Positions 9,627 through 19,375 of a stretch of 64,000 bases of DNA are shown piece by piece (the first letter of the stretch is position 1; each line of letters starts with the position of its first letter). The notes beneath the pieces are model-generated. The model worked only from the letters and a program-made list of their open reading frames with translations, did no database searches and was not told the DNA's origin. The stretch is from IMG/VR virus record IMGVR_UViG_3300034374_009547; one strand, 5' to 3'. A program made the translations under genes and the position numbers. Source of the DNA: a virus (Duplodnaviria; Caudoviricetes).

Positions 9627-10752
9627 TTAAATTTTCTTTCCTACTAATATCTAAATTTTTTGTATAATCAACAAACTTATTATATTTATTTGACCAATCT
9701 TCTGCATACATATAATCAATTATACCTTGCACTTTAGGTAACCAAGTATATGGTTCTAAACGTTTTGCTGCAAGATCTTTTAATTCTTTTGGTAGAACTC
9801 TAATGTTAAGTTCTTCAGGATGATTAAGAATATTAAAGTAAATCTTGTAGTCATAAGGCAATGCCCATTCTATAAAGTCATTTAGTTTTAATATATTGTA
9901 CATTTGTACCGTACAATGAATTTCTACAAATGCATTTTCAAGTTTAGTTATTGCCTCAAAGTTTTCTACAATTTTATCCCAGTTGCTTGGATATCTAATA
10001 TATCTATCTAACTCACCTGTAGCATCAATACTGCAATTTAGCTGTACACGTTTGAAATGACTCCATTTTTGCATCAATTCTGCAGGCACATTTGTAAGAT
10101 TAGTATTGTATTTTAATTTAATTTTTTTTGCTTTACCGCTATCAATATAATAATCTAATAATCTATGTTGTTCTTTGATAATAGTTGGCTCGCCACCAGT
10201 TAAATATATTTCCTCTACCGTATCTGCAATTTTAAAAAGATTATCCCATACCGTTTCGTGTTCTGGCCAATCCATATTTTTTAATCTATTGTATTCACTT
10301 TCTTCTAGTGCATCACTTACTAAATGCCATTCTTTTACCCATTGATTACTTGCATACGGATTGCACATACGGCATTTTAAGTTACATAGATTACCTAAAC
10401 GTATATCAACATAACGTATTGTAAAAGGTGCTTCAACTGGATAATCTCTATCTTGAGCCCATTTTTCATTCCAGTTTTGTCTAGTACTTGTTATACCAGC
10501 ATCTTCTTCTCTAAAGCAACGTGTACACATTTCAGGACGTTCGCCGTTGAGCATTTCTTGTCTAATTTTTTTGTAGGTTTCGCTATTCCATGCTTCTTCT
10601 ATATTGTCTTTGTTGACACGGTAAGCATTGCCATCATCTTTCATAATAAAATTCTTACCCGGTGTACTATTACAGCATACTCTCATAATGCCACTTGCAC
10701 TTGTAGCTAAACTCATCCATGGTAATACGCAAAATGTTTTAGATTGAGTCAT
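9589..10752 (-). CDS. N-terminal Twitch radical SAM protein
   Basis: FCVLPW..RVCC..CTRC; LGNLCNLKCRMC; LTGGEPT; YNTN; C-terminal LDISRKENLIEIIP. Confidence 0.92.
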   Translation of the reverse strand: MTQSKTFCVLPWMSLATSASGIMRVCCNSTPGKNFIMKDDGNAYRVNKDNIEEAWNSETYKKIRQEMLNGERPEMCTRCFREEDAGITSTRQNWNEKWAQDRDYPVEAPFTIRYVDIRLGNLCNLKCRMCNPYASNQWVKEWHLVSDALEESEYNRLKNMDWPEHETVWDNLFKIADTVEEIYLTGGEPTIIKEQHRLLDYYIDSGKAKKIKLKYNTNLTNVPAELMQKWSHFKRVQLNCSIDATGELDRYIRYPSNWDKIVENFEAITKLENAFVEIHCTVQMYNILKLNDFIEWALPYDYKIYFNILNHPEELNIRVLPKELKDLAAKRLEPYTWLPKVQGIIDYMYAEDWSNKYNKFVDYTKNLDISRKENLIEIIPEFASYSP

Positions 10753-11836
10753 AAATTTCTATTCCCTTTTCATCTAATAAATGAGGCAAAACTTGTTTTA
10801 AAGATTGATTTCTTATTTTATCTAATCTAGCAGTACTAACTATAAAGTTATTATACATTTTGAGATCAGTAGGTTGCTGCAACAAAGTTTTTATACCGTG
10901 TAATTTTGTAGGATCATTGTTGTATATATCTTCAATTTTTTCAATATCTGATATAATCGACTTTTTACTTTTTTCTGGCATCAAATTACATACCAAATAT
11001 TTTGGATTATCTAATATTATCCAATTAATTCTATGGTTAACAATTTTAGTAAATTCGTACATATTGTGTATGGTTAAATTTTGAACAACATAGTTATAAC
11101 TAAAACTTGTAAAGTTTAATTCTTCAATTTGTTTGATTCTTTCCAAACATTGTTTCCAACTAAATGTATTATCACCTCTCACATATTCGTATGTATTGCC
11201 TACTCCGTCTATACTTAGCTGGTAATCAATTTCAATATGCGAGGATAAATCAATAAACCATTGAGGAAGTTTGGTACCATTAGAAATAACTACAAGTTTC
11301 ACAGGAATGTTTAACTTGCTTATTTTTTCTAAAAAGTATTGTGCATTGGGATTAATTAAGGGCTCGCCGCCTTTGAGTTCAACTACAATACGTTTTTGAT
11401 TTTTTATATAATTTAAAATTTTATCAATTTCTTCTTTGGTAATTTGCCATTGAACCTGTTTCTTTCTTCCTAACTTTATTGCGTCTGCAAACCAGCTAGT
11501 GCTTAAATGTTCATTACACATCCTGCATTTTAAATTACAAAAATTACCTAAACTTATGTCTAATAAAAAATCACCATACTCAAATCTATAGTCATAACTT
11601 TGTCTACGACTTAGCAAATTATTTTCTTCAGCAAATTTACAACTACTGCATCCGTCAGGCCAATATCCGTTTTGTAATAATTTTTTTGTTTTTTTCCATT
11701 GTTTGCTAGAAAAAATATTGTCCACACTTTTATAATCCATAAGCATATCAAAAGTGTCTCTAAACTTACAACAAGGTCTTACATAACCATTAGGATCAAT
11801 AGAAATACTATGATGTAAACTATAACAATCATTCAT
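10739..11836 (-). CDS. N-terminal Twitch radical SAM protein
   Basis: DCYSLHH..RPCC..CSSC; LGNFCNLKCRMC; LKGGEPL; LDKIRNQSL. Confidence 0.9.
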   Translation of the reverse strand: MNDCYSLHHSISIDPNGYVRPCCKFRDTFDMLMDYKSVDNIFSSKQWKKTKKLLQNGYWPDGCSSCKFAEENNLLSRRQSYDYRFEYGDFLLDISLGNFCNLKCRMCNEHLSTSWFADAIKLGRKKQVQWQITKEEIDKILNYIKNQKRIVVELKGGEPLINPNAQYFLEKISKLNIPVKLVVISNGTKLPQWFIDLSSHIEIDYQLSIDGVGNTYEYVRGDNTFSWKQCLERIKQIEELNFTSFSYNYVVQNLTIHNMYEFTKIVNHRINWIILDNPKYLVCNLMPEKSKKSIISDIEKIEDIYNNDPTKLHGIKTLLQQPTDLKMYNNFIVSTARLDKIRNQSLKQVLPHLLDEKGIEIYDSI

Positions 11837-13013
11837 AGTACTTGTATACCTTTTGCTTTGTAAAATCTTGGTCTCTATAAGGATCTCTTATTTTTGTGTA
11901 AAGTAAAAATTTGTTTTTTTGTTGTAACTCGTCTTCAGGTTTTTGTTTAATTTTATTTTTTATATCGTTTATGAATGTTTTTTCGTTATTATTTAAAACT
12001 TTAATTTTTTGTATTTCATTTAATGCATCATTTTTTAAACTTATTGGCGCATTTTTCACATCTAAGTATAACGGATTATCCAAAGGTATACAATTAATTT
12101 TACTTTTTAAATTACGTGTTAAATGTAACATATTTTTTATTTCTAACATGTTGTAAATTTGTAAAGTAAAAGTTAAATTACATACTATGTTTTGATAACC
12201 TGAATTATGAGAAATTTTCAATCTATTATAAGTATCTTTCCAATCTGTAGGATATCTAATGTACTCATAAGTTTCTTTTGTACCATCAATACTAAAACTT
12301 AAAATACATAATTTAAACTTGCTTAATAAATCAATCCATTCTTGTGTAATCAAAGTACCATTTGTTATCAATTGTATTGTAATTTCTTTTGCTCTATCTG
12401 TTTTAATACAATAATCTATAACTTCCTTCACTCCTGGAACCATCATAGGTTCGCCGCCAGTAAACTTTAATTCTAATAATCCTTTGTCTATGTAATGTTT
12501 TACTCTTGCAACAAAAACAGGATCTAAATACCATTTATCTTGTTTATAATTAAGTTCATTATCTTGCTTACTTGCTAAATTAATACCTGTTTCGTTATAT
12601 ATTTTAACATTTTCTGCATGTACTTTGCTGCTGCTGTAACTATTACACATCCTACAACTTAAATTGCAGTAATTACCTAGTTTTAAATCTAATTCTAAAG
12701 GTGTTTCAACGGTAGTATGCAAATTATCAATATAATCTTGCCAACGTCCACTTTTTTTGTATTTGTGTATTAACCCTTGCCGTAAACTTTGTATACCTAA
12801 ATCTTCTTTATTCCAACAAGATTGACATATTTCTGGTCTTTCATCGTTGAGCATTTGCTGCTTGACTTCTGATCGCAAGCCATGCCAGTGATTTTTAAAA
12901 TTAGTTAGATACCAATCCTCATTCTGAGTTACTGCATTACAACATAATCTATTTGATCCTCGTGTGTTAATACACAAATGATGCCATACAGCAGGACAAA
13001 TAGTTTTAGACAT
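11829..13013 (-). CDS. N-terminal Twitch radical SAM protein
   Basis: ICPAVW..RLCC..CQSCW; LGNYCNLSCRMC; FTGGEPM; ITNGT. Confidence 0.92.
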   Translation of the reverse strand: MSKTICPAVWHHLCINTRGSNRLCCNAVTQNEDWYLTNFKNHWHGLRSEVKQQMLNDERPEICQSCWNKEDLGIQSLRQGLIHKYKKSGRWQDYIDNLHTTVETPLELDLKLGNYCNLSCRMCNSYSSSKVHAENVKIYNETGINLASKQDNELNYKQDKWYLDPVFVARVKHYIDKGLLELKFTGGEPMMVPGVKEVIDYCIKTDRAKEITIQLITNGTLITQEWIDLLSKFKLCILSFSIDGTKETYEYIRYPTDWKDTYNRLKISHNSGYQNIVCNLTFTLQIYNMLEIKNMLHLTRNLKSKINCIPLDNPLYLDVKNAPISLKNDALNEIQKIKVLNNNEKTFINDIKNKIKQKPEDELQQKNKFLLYTKIRDPYRDQDFTKQKVYKYYE

Positions 13014-13887
13014 TTACCTCTCTTAGAAACGTTAGCAATAAGCCCATTTTGTTACTCCAATGGTTGTCTGTAAATCCTTTATTAGTAGCGTGTAATTGTA
13101 CTGCATCAAAAACAATAGGACAACCAGGCTTCCATTCACAAGTAGTTTCAGGTGCAAGTCCTGTTAAACGTCTATAAGGCGTATAATATAAGTATTTTTC
13201 GTGATGTTCTTTATCATACGGAGTTAGGTTATCATCTCTGTTTTGCTTGGTTCCGTCTAGTAAATGGAAATCAATATCTCCATGATTTTCAACAATAGGA
13301 TAGGTAGTAGCTATTTTTTGTTCCGGTTTTTTACCATGATGATAAACGTGTGCAAAATCAACATGTCTTTGTTTAAAGAATACACCATGACTTTCTACAC
13401 CTACAGGATTTGTCCAAAGTGGTATAATTATATTTCTCCAAGGAACCCATTTACGTCCTTCTGCTAATAAAGGAGTACGTTCTAAACTATTTTGCCAATC
13501 ACTTTCACGTGTGCTGTCGTTATGCAAACCATATTGATCAGGAGTAATAAAAAAGTTACCGCCAACAACAGGTGAATTTTCTGCTCCTGGAATCATTTCA
13601 TCAATTTTATCTTTGAACTTACGATATACACCTTCTAAATTACCACTTATAAAAATAGTACCGTTAGGATTATGACGAACACATCCGCAATTTGCAAATG
13701 CATAACCATACATCCATTTTAATTCTTCTTCAGTAAATTGATTATCAAAAACACCAACAGGTTGAAAATTTTGAGCCATATCTGCAATAACTTTTTCATT
13801 GCTTAAATCCATCAGATGGTGTTCGTATTCTAACCTGTACTTTTTATATTCTTGTAATTCTTCAATTTGATCCATGTTTACTAACAT
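13006..13887 (-). CDS. 2-oxoglutarate/Fe(II)-dependent oxygenase-like protein
   Basis: GLHND (HxD) and distal FDAVQLHAT (His) form the facial-triad pattern. Confidence 0.6.
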   Translation of the reverse strand: MLVNMDQIEELQEYKKYRLEYEHHLMDLSNEKVIADMAQNFQPVGVFDNQFTEEELKWMYGYAFANCGCVRHNPNGTIFISGNLEGVYRKFKDKIDEMIPGAENSPVVGGNFFITPDQYGLHNDSTRESDWQNSLERTPLLAEGRKWVPWRNIIIPLWTNPVGVESHGVFFKQRHVDFAHVYHHGKKPEQKIATTYPIVENHGDIDFHLLDGTKQNRDDNLTPYDKEHHEKYLYYTPYRRLTGLAPETTCEWKPGCPIVFDAVQLHATNKGFTDNHWSNKMGLLLTFLREVNV

Positions 13888-14645
13888 AGTGTCTCCTTTA
13901 AATATTCTGCAAATGCATCGTGAGCATATTCTTTAAAATGATATTGCGGATATAGATCGTAATATTTTGTTTCTTTTATTATACTATACTTTGCAAAATC
14001 TTGCAATCTTTTTTTGTTAGAAGCAATTTTTGTTAGCTCTTGCCCTGTTACTTTACTATTCATTTTATCTGCAATATTAATTAAATGTACTTTAGGAAAT
14101 ACACTTTTTATATAAAAATATATTCCTGCATTAAAAGCACACCAACTAAAGTCTGTTGGGCCATGCATGTGTGCAAGTTTTATAAATTGCTTTACATCTG
14201 CACTTTTTCCTGCAACATAGTTGAGATTTCTATTACCATCAAATCGTGTTTCATCAAACATAAATCTATGTGCAAATGTATACGATACTAATACAATGTC
14301 AGTATCCCAATTTATTTTATCTGCATATTGATATAACATGTAAAGTGTTCTATCAGCACCGCTTCCTCTAATGCCATGATTTTCTAAATCAAAGTCTAAT
14401 TTATTTGCCAACCTACCCACAAAACTTAATTCACGTTCCTTTTGGGCAATGTCAGTATTTGCTCTTAAGTTTTCTAATATATTATGCCATTCGTCTTGTA
14501 ATTTTTCTCTTGAATTAGTATCCAAATGCATGATATCTGTATGCCCAACACGTTCCTTCATCCATGCATCTGTATCCATATGCTCACTTACACCTAATTC
14601 GGCTCCTTGAACATGACTACATCCAAATCCCCATACCTTAGGCAT
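13881..14645 (-). CDS. SGNH-like protein (block I G-C-S variant)
   Basis: KVWGFGCSHVQG, NHGIRGSG, C-terminal PQYH. Start placed at ATG 14645 rather than 14741. Confidence 0.6.
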   Translation of the reverse strand: MPKVWGFGCSHVQGAELGVSEHMDTDAWMKERVGHTDIMHLDTNSREKLQDEWHNILENLRANTDIAQKERELSFVGRLANKLDFDLENHGIRGSGADRTLYMLYQYADKINWDTDIVLVSYTFAHRFMFDETRFDGNRNLNYVAGKSADVKQFIKLAHMHGPTDFSWCAFNAGIYFYIKSVFPKVHLINIADKMNSKVTGQELTKIASNKKRLQDFAKYSIIKETKYYDLYPQYHFKEYAHDAFAEYLKETLC

Positions 14646-15261
14646 AATGCTTCTCCCAAATTTTTTTTGGTACAAAGTAAAATTTAAAAAAATTAGATGG
14701 TGTTTCAACTTTTTGATATTCAAGTTCTGTAAATACTTCATCCATTGCTGTTTCGTAATGATGAACTTGAATTATAGGAGTATGTTTTTTAATAATTTCT
14801 TTAGCACCTTGTAATACAAAAATATCATTCCATTCTGTATCTATTTTTATATAATCAATTTTAAAATCATATTCAACAAATTCGTTGTCTAACGTGTTGC
14901 ATTCAACTTCATATGTCGTAAAACTATGATTGTCTGGAATGTTATCTAATAAACTTGAACAACCTGCATTTTCCAAGTCCTCATTAAATTTTGCAGTACC
15001 TACAAAATTGCTAATTGCTTTGTTTTCTAAGAAAATATTATTTAAATAATACGTCTGTGTTTCAGTTTGTTTTTGTTTTTCTAAAATTTTATTGAATAGC
15101 GTTTTATTGGGCTCATATGCATACACCATTTCGCACACATCGTTATAACGTTGAGCATAACTATAATCATATAACCCTACATCAATAATAGTATGAGGAT
15201 CTATACCAAATTTATAAAATAAGTAAGTTGAATAATGGTGATGCATCCAATGTCTACGCAT
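14638..15261 (-). CDS. FkbM-like SAM-dependent methyltransferase
   Basis: IIDVGL, VYAYEPN, NKAIS, IDYIKIDTE, PIIQV. Confidence 0.8.
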   Translation of the reverse strand: MRRHWMHHHYSTYLFYKFGIDPHTIIDVGLYDYSYAQRYNDVCEMVYAYEPNKTLFNKILEKQKQTETQTYYLNNIFLENKAISNFVGTAKFNEDLENAGCSSLLDNIPDNHSFTTYEVECNTLDNEFVEYDFKIDYIKIDTEWNDIFVLQGAKEIIKKHTPIIQVHHYETAMDEVFTELEYQKVETPSNFFKFYFVPKKIWEKHYA

Positions 15262-16450
15262 AATATTTTTCCTTTAAATAATCAAAGTCTTCATAGTAAT
15301 CAAACAAGCAAGTTTTGTTAATTTTGTCTTGAATGCGCATCCATGCAACAAATTGATCACTATAATCAATATCAGCAGGTTGTTGCAGCCAATCTATTAC
15401 CTTTTGTAAGTTAGCGCCGTTTTGATTTTCAACCCATTCTTGGTAATAGATGTTATCAAACTTATAGTGATCATAGTGCAAATCAATTTTTGATAATTTA
15501 TTTACAAGCTGCTGTTTTTGCCATTCGGGTAAATTTTTAATATTCATCATTTTAGGATATTGTACAAAACTTACATGAAATCTACTGCCTAAATCAGTAA
15601 ACTCTTGCATAATTTTTGGAATGTTAAAAACGTTTAGTACATTTACGGTGCAAGTAGCATGTAAATCAAGTGTTCTATTTTCTATTCTGTCTTGCATAGC
15701 CGATTCTATAGCAAACCAATTATTTTTTAATTTATTGTAATCACCATTTGTTCTTACATAACTAAAAGTTTTTTCGTCTGCATCTACACTAACTCTACAT
15801 GTAACTTTTTTAAATTTTTTCCAGTAATCGATCACATCATCAATAATATGTAAATTAGTATTATATTCAAGCCATATATTATGTTCATGTCCACGTAAAC
15901 TTTGTAACAAATCTTTATGCTTAGGGTGCATCAGAGGTTCGCCGCCAGTTATCTTTATACGTTTTAGTGTAGGAGCAATTGTTTTAAATTCTTCTATAAT
16001 ATTATCTGGCAATTCTGTAATACTCAATTTTGTACTACTATCATCAAATTTTTTCATTTCTTCAAGCAAATTTTTATTTTGTTTAATTTGCTTCATCCAT
16101 TGACTGCTATATTTAGGAGAACAATGTCTGCATTGTAAATTACACAAATTTCCAAAACGTATTTCTACTTCTTGTATATTTGGATTATCATAATCAACTG
16201 AATATTCTTTTAAGGCTGTTTGTCTAGTGCTTAATACACCATTTTTTTCCGTTTCCCAACAACTACGACATCCTGCTGGTTGTTTATTGTTTCGATGTTG
16301 TTCTCTAAATTTTTGCCAAGCAGAATTATGCCATATTTCAAGCAAACCTTTTTGTGTGTAATCTCCATGGACTTCTAAACAACGCCAACAACTTGTAACA
16401 CTTGTATCTGGCTTGATGTTCATATGCACAAACGGTAATGGACATGTCAT
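15254..16450 (-). CDS. N-terminal Twitch radical SAM protein
   Basis: TCPLPF..SCWRC..GCRSCW; FGNLCNLQCRHC; ITGGEPL; YNTN. Confidence 0.92.
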   Translation of the reverse strand: MTCPLPFVHMNIKPDTSVTSCWRCLEVHGDYTQKGLLEIWHNSAWQKFREQHRNNKQPAGCRSCWETEKNGVLSTRQTALKEYSVDYDNPNIQEVEIRFGNLCNLQCRHCSPKYSSQWMKQIKQNKNLLEEMKKFDDSSTKLSITELPDNIIEEFKTIAPTLKRIKITGGEPLMHPKHKDLLQSLRGHEHNIWLEYNTNLHIIDDVIDYWKKFKKVTCRVSVDADEKTFSYVRTNGDYNKLKNNWFAIESAMQDRIENRTLDLHATCTVNVLNVFNIPKIMQEFTDLGSRFHVSFVQYPKMMNIKNLPEWQKQQLVNKLSKIDLHYDHYKFDNIYYQEWVENQNGANLQKVIDWLQQPADIDYSDQFVAWMRIQDKINKTCLFDYYEDFDYLKEKYYA

Positions 16451-16463
16451 ATAAATACTTATA
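16450..16463. promoter_or_regulatory. Overlapping divergent T4-late-like boxes: TATAAATA (+, 16450-16457) and TATAAGTA (-, 16456-16463)
   Basis: The 32-bp divergent spacer between ATG 16450 (-) and ATG 16483 (+) has an exact T4 late consensus on + and a one-mismatch copy on -. Confidence 0.55.
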
Positions 16464-16482
16464 ATATGCGTAGTTTATTGTT

Positions 16483-17181
16483 ATGAAAATTGGTATCATC
16501 GGAACTAGTCACAGCGAAGGCAATATTCAATATACAGGTAGCGTAAAAAGAACATTACCTTTTGAACAGCATTTAAAAAATGCAATGCCTCAACACGAGT
16601 TTATAAATTTGGCAAAAGCAGGTAGAGGTAGTGAAAGATATTTAGATTGTATTGTAACTGCAAAAGAAAAATATAATGTAGATGCTATACTAATAGAGTA
16701 CGCAGCAGATAGATCAAGTAATCATTATTGGTATAACGAATCTGCAATTGATAAACTAAAAGATGCAAAAACAATTGCTAGTGAACTGATTGAAGATACT
16801 CATTGTTATATACGTAGCCTACAAGGTATTAAAGAAGATAACGAAGGAATATTAAAAGATATTCCTCAAAAGAAATTTGAAATATTTAAAGAAGTAAATT
16901 CAATAATTTTTAGAGAAAGCAAATATGTTATTACTATGGGGATAAAAAATGTTTATCAATCACTACAACTTTGTAAACTATTAGATATAAAATTTATACC
17001 ATGGGAGTACACCTACACAGAAATTCCAATAAAAAGAGAATATGTAAAAACAATGTTGCAGTATATAAAAGAAAATAATTTACAAGCCGAATTATGTGAT
17101 GGTTATCATAGTAATGACAAAGTATATAATCTAGCAGCACACAACTTTTTTAAGCCGTTGGTAGAACAATGTATAAAATAG
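16483..17181 (+). CDS. SGNH-like protein (G-T-S variant)
   Basis: KIGIIGTSHSEG, NLAKAGRGSE, C-terminal CDGYH. Confidence 0.65.
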   Translation: MKIGIIGTSHSEGNIQYTGSVKRTLPFEQHLKNAMPQHEFINLAKAGRGSERYLDCIVTAKEKYNVDAILIEYAADRSSNHYWYNESAIDKLKDAKTIASELIEDTHCYIRSLQGIKEDNEGILKDIPQKKFEIFKEVNSIIFRESKYVITMGIKNVYQSLQLCKLLDIKFIPWEYTYTEIPIKREYVKTMLQYIKENNLQAELCDGYHSNDKVYNLAAHNFFKPLVEQCIK

Positions 17182-17843
17182 GAATAGTCGGTGGTAGTTT
17201 TGCTCAAGGCAAGCAAGAAATAAACAATACAGCAAAATTTACAAAACCATTTGAATGGCATTTGAAAAAAGCAATGCCAAATTATGAATTTATAAATCTT
17301 AGTAGTAGCGGTACTGGCAGTGAAAGATATCTTAGTTGTATTTTAGAACTACATAATAATCATAATATTGATTTGTTGTTGTTAGATATACAAACAGATA
17401 AAAGTAATACACAATATCCTCGAGGCGAGAAATATATGCATAACAAGGATTATAAAGATTACATATATAATCATACAAAATATTCTACATTTTTACGCAC
17501 AAAATGTGATAGTAGTGTACTAGTAGATGTTCCAGATAACAAAATAAAAATTTGGAAAGATGTTGGGTATTTTATAGATTATGAAAGCAAATTTCATGAA
17601 TACAAAGGTAATCTAAATATTATACAAAGTGTTGAATTGTGCAACGTATTAAATTTGCCCTATGCAATTTGGGGAACAAGTGTTTGGGATAATACTTACA
17701 AATATTATCCTATGCATGATTATATTGAAGATAATAATTTACAAACATGCGATGGGCATCATCCAGACGATGCTGCTATGGAACATATGGCACAAAACTA
17801 TTTTAAGGATTTAATAAATGAAAATATTAATAGTAGGAGATAG
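17169..17843 (+). CDS. SGNH-like protein (G-G-S variant), paralogue of 16483
   Basis: KIGIVGGSFAQG, PFEWHLKKAMP..EFINL (cf. PFEQHLKNAMP..EFINL), GSERYL, CDGHH. Confidence 0.65.
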   Translation: MYKIGIVGGSFAQGKQEINNTAKFTKPFEWHLKKAMPNYEFINLSSSGTGSERYLSCILELHNNHNIDLLLLDIQTDKSNTQYPRGEKYMHNKDYKDYIYNHTKYSTFLRTKCDSSVLVDVPDNKIKIWKDVGYFIDYESKFHEYKGNLNIIQSVELCNVLNLPYAIWGTSVWDNTYKYYPMHDYIEDNNLQTCDGHHPDDAAMEHMAQNYFKDLINENINSRR

Positions 17844-18372
17844 TTTTAGTGCAGACTGGACTATAAAACACAAAGGCAGAGGATGGCCTAATTTATTAGC
17901 AAGCAAATATAATGTTACAAACTTATCACAAGCAGGTGTAAGTGAATACAAAATTTACAAACAAATAAAAAGTGTAGATACAGATTCCTATGATAAAATT
18001 ATAATATCACACACTAATCCTTTTAGGATATACACAAAAGTAAATCCATTTACTAGAAAAGATCCTCTTAGATATAATAGTGACATTGTGTTAAATGATT
18101 TATATTCAAAACATAATTTTAGTGCGTTTATAATTAAGAAATTTTTAAAATATCATTTTGACGAAACTTATTATTTAGATATGTATCAATGTTGGTTTGA
18201 AAAACTTAAATCTTTTAATAATTGTGTACACATAAAACATTTAAATATACCTATTGATGTAGATATAGACTTTCATAAGTATTGGCTAAGTAATCGAGGA
18301 TTTATAAATCATTACAATAGTCTTGGTAATCAACATATTTTTGAAATACTGGATGAACATTTAAAAGGTTAG
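17818..18372 (+). CDS. SGNH-like protein
   Basis: KILIVGDSF, NLSQAGVS, C-terminal INHYN. Confidence 0.65.
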   Translation: MKILIVGDSFSADWTIKHKGRGWPNLLASKYNVTNLSQAGVSEYKIYKQIKSVDTDSYDKIIISHTNPFRIYTKVNPFTRKDPLRYNSDIVLNDLYSKHNFSAFIIKKFLKYHFDETYYLDMYQCWFEKLKSFNNCVHIKHLNIPIDVDIDFHKYWLSNRGFINHYNSLGNQHIFEILDEHLKG

Positions 18373-19375
18373 TTTTTCTACTTTTATCTAAAATTTTATT
18401 TACTTTAAAAAATTCTTCTAAATTTGTGTATTCATTTGTACATTCAATTTTAATTAATTTTGAAAGCCTATCGTTTGAAATTTGTTTTAAAATTTGCTCT
18501 GCCTCGTATTTACTCCATTGACCTGTGCGTAAATATTTAGGTAAATTAACCGTGTCAAAATGCACATTCCAATTTGGAAAATTATTTTTTATAAAATTTA
18601 ATATTTCTGGCATTCTGTGTAAATTTAATGCATTTAATACAACATGAAATGTCAATATAAAATTATATTCATTTAATTTATTACAGGTGTTTATAACTTG
18701 TTCAAAGTTTCCACCTGTTCTAAAATATTCAAATCCTTCAAATACATCATCTAAACTTACACTTACTATAACATTTTTTGCACGTTTCCAAATATCTAAT
18801 ATTTCTTTTTTTGGCAGCACACTTCCATTTGTTGTATATTCAAATGTAACTTGTTCAACATTTTTTATTCTTAACAATAATTCATCGTGAGATTTATTAA
18901 GTAATGGTTCACCACCTAAAAATTTGTAGTATTTTATATCATCTATGTTATTAATCTTTTCAATATCAAATACAACTAATTTTTTATTAGGCAAAGGTCT
19001 ACCTAACAATTTATCGTCTTCATACCATTTACTACTACTAAAACTATTACAATGTCTACAAGAATAATTACAATGGTTACTAAATGCAAGTTCTATACTT
19101 TGTAATTTTGATTTCCATTTGCCTTTAGACGAAAATTGTTGCCGCATACTTTCTACATTGGCATCTTCATCATGCCAACACTTCCTGCAACCGTCAATCT
19201 TTATACCATCCTGTAACTGAGATCGTATTTCTCCTATCCAAGGTCCATTAAAAATATTATGTAAATTATCATCTGCAATATTAGGACCTTCAGTTTTTTT
19301 GTAACGAGTACAAGGTAATACTCTGCCAGAAGTAGTAACAGCAACGTGATTTTCACTTAGCCAACAGCGTGTCAT
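18302..19375 (-). CDS. N-terminal Twitch radical SAM protein
   Basis: RCWLSENH..PCT..GCRKCW; FSNHCNYSCRHC; LGGEPLL; LDKSRKTNLLNVHP. Confidence 0.9.
   Translation of the reverse strand: MTRCWLSENHVAVTTSGRVLPCTRYKKTEGPNIADDNLHNIFNGPWIGEIRSQLQDGIKIDGCRKCWHDEDANVESMRQQFSSKGKWKSKLQSIELAFSNHCNYSCRHCNSFSSSKWYEDDKLLGRPLPNKKLVVFDIEKINNIDDIKYYKFLGGEPLLNKSHDELLLRIKNVEQVTFEYTTNGSVLPKKEILDIWKRAKNVIVSVSLDDVFEGFEYFRTGGNFEQVINTCNKLNEYNFILTFHVVLNALNLHRMPEILNFIKNNFPNWNVHFDTVNLPKYLRTGQWSKYEAEQILKQISNDRLSKLIKIECTNEYTNLEEFFKVNKILDKSRKTNLLNVHPVFQKYVDYQDYCNDL

Noticed and set aside
14646-14741. Longer starts listed for ORFs 13881, 4355, 8200, 22815 and 31307
   Set aside because: They create long same-strand overlaps; internal ATGs give typical short coupling overlaps and begin at the family motif.
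16451-18372. Recombinase-driven invertible segments explaining the plus-strand islands
   Set aside because: No flanking inverted repeats or recombinase noticed, and the 3' ends overlap neighbouring coding sequence.
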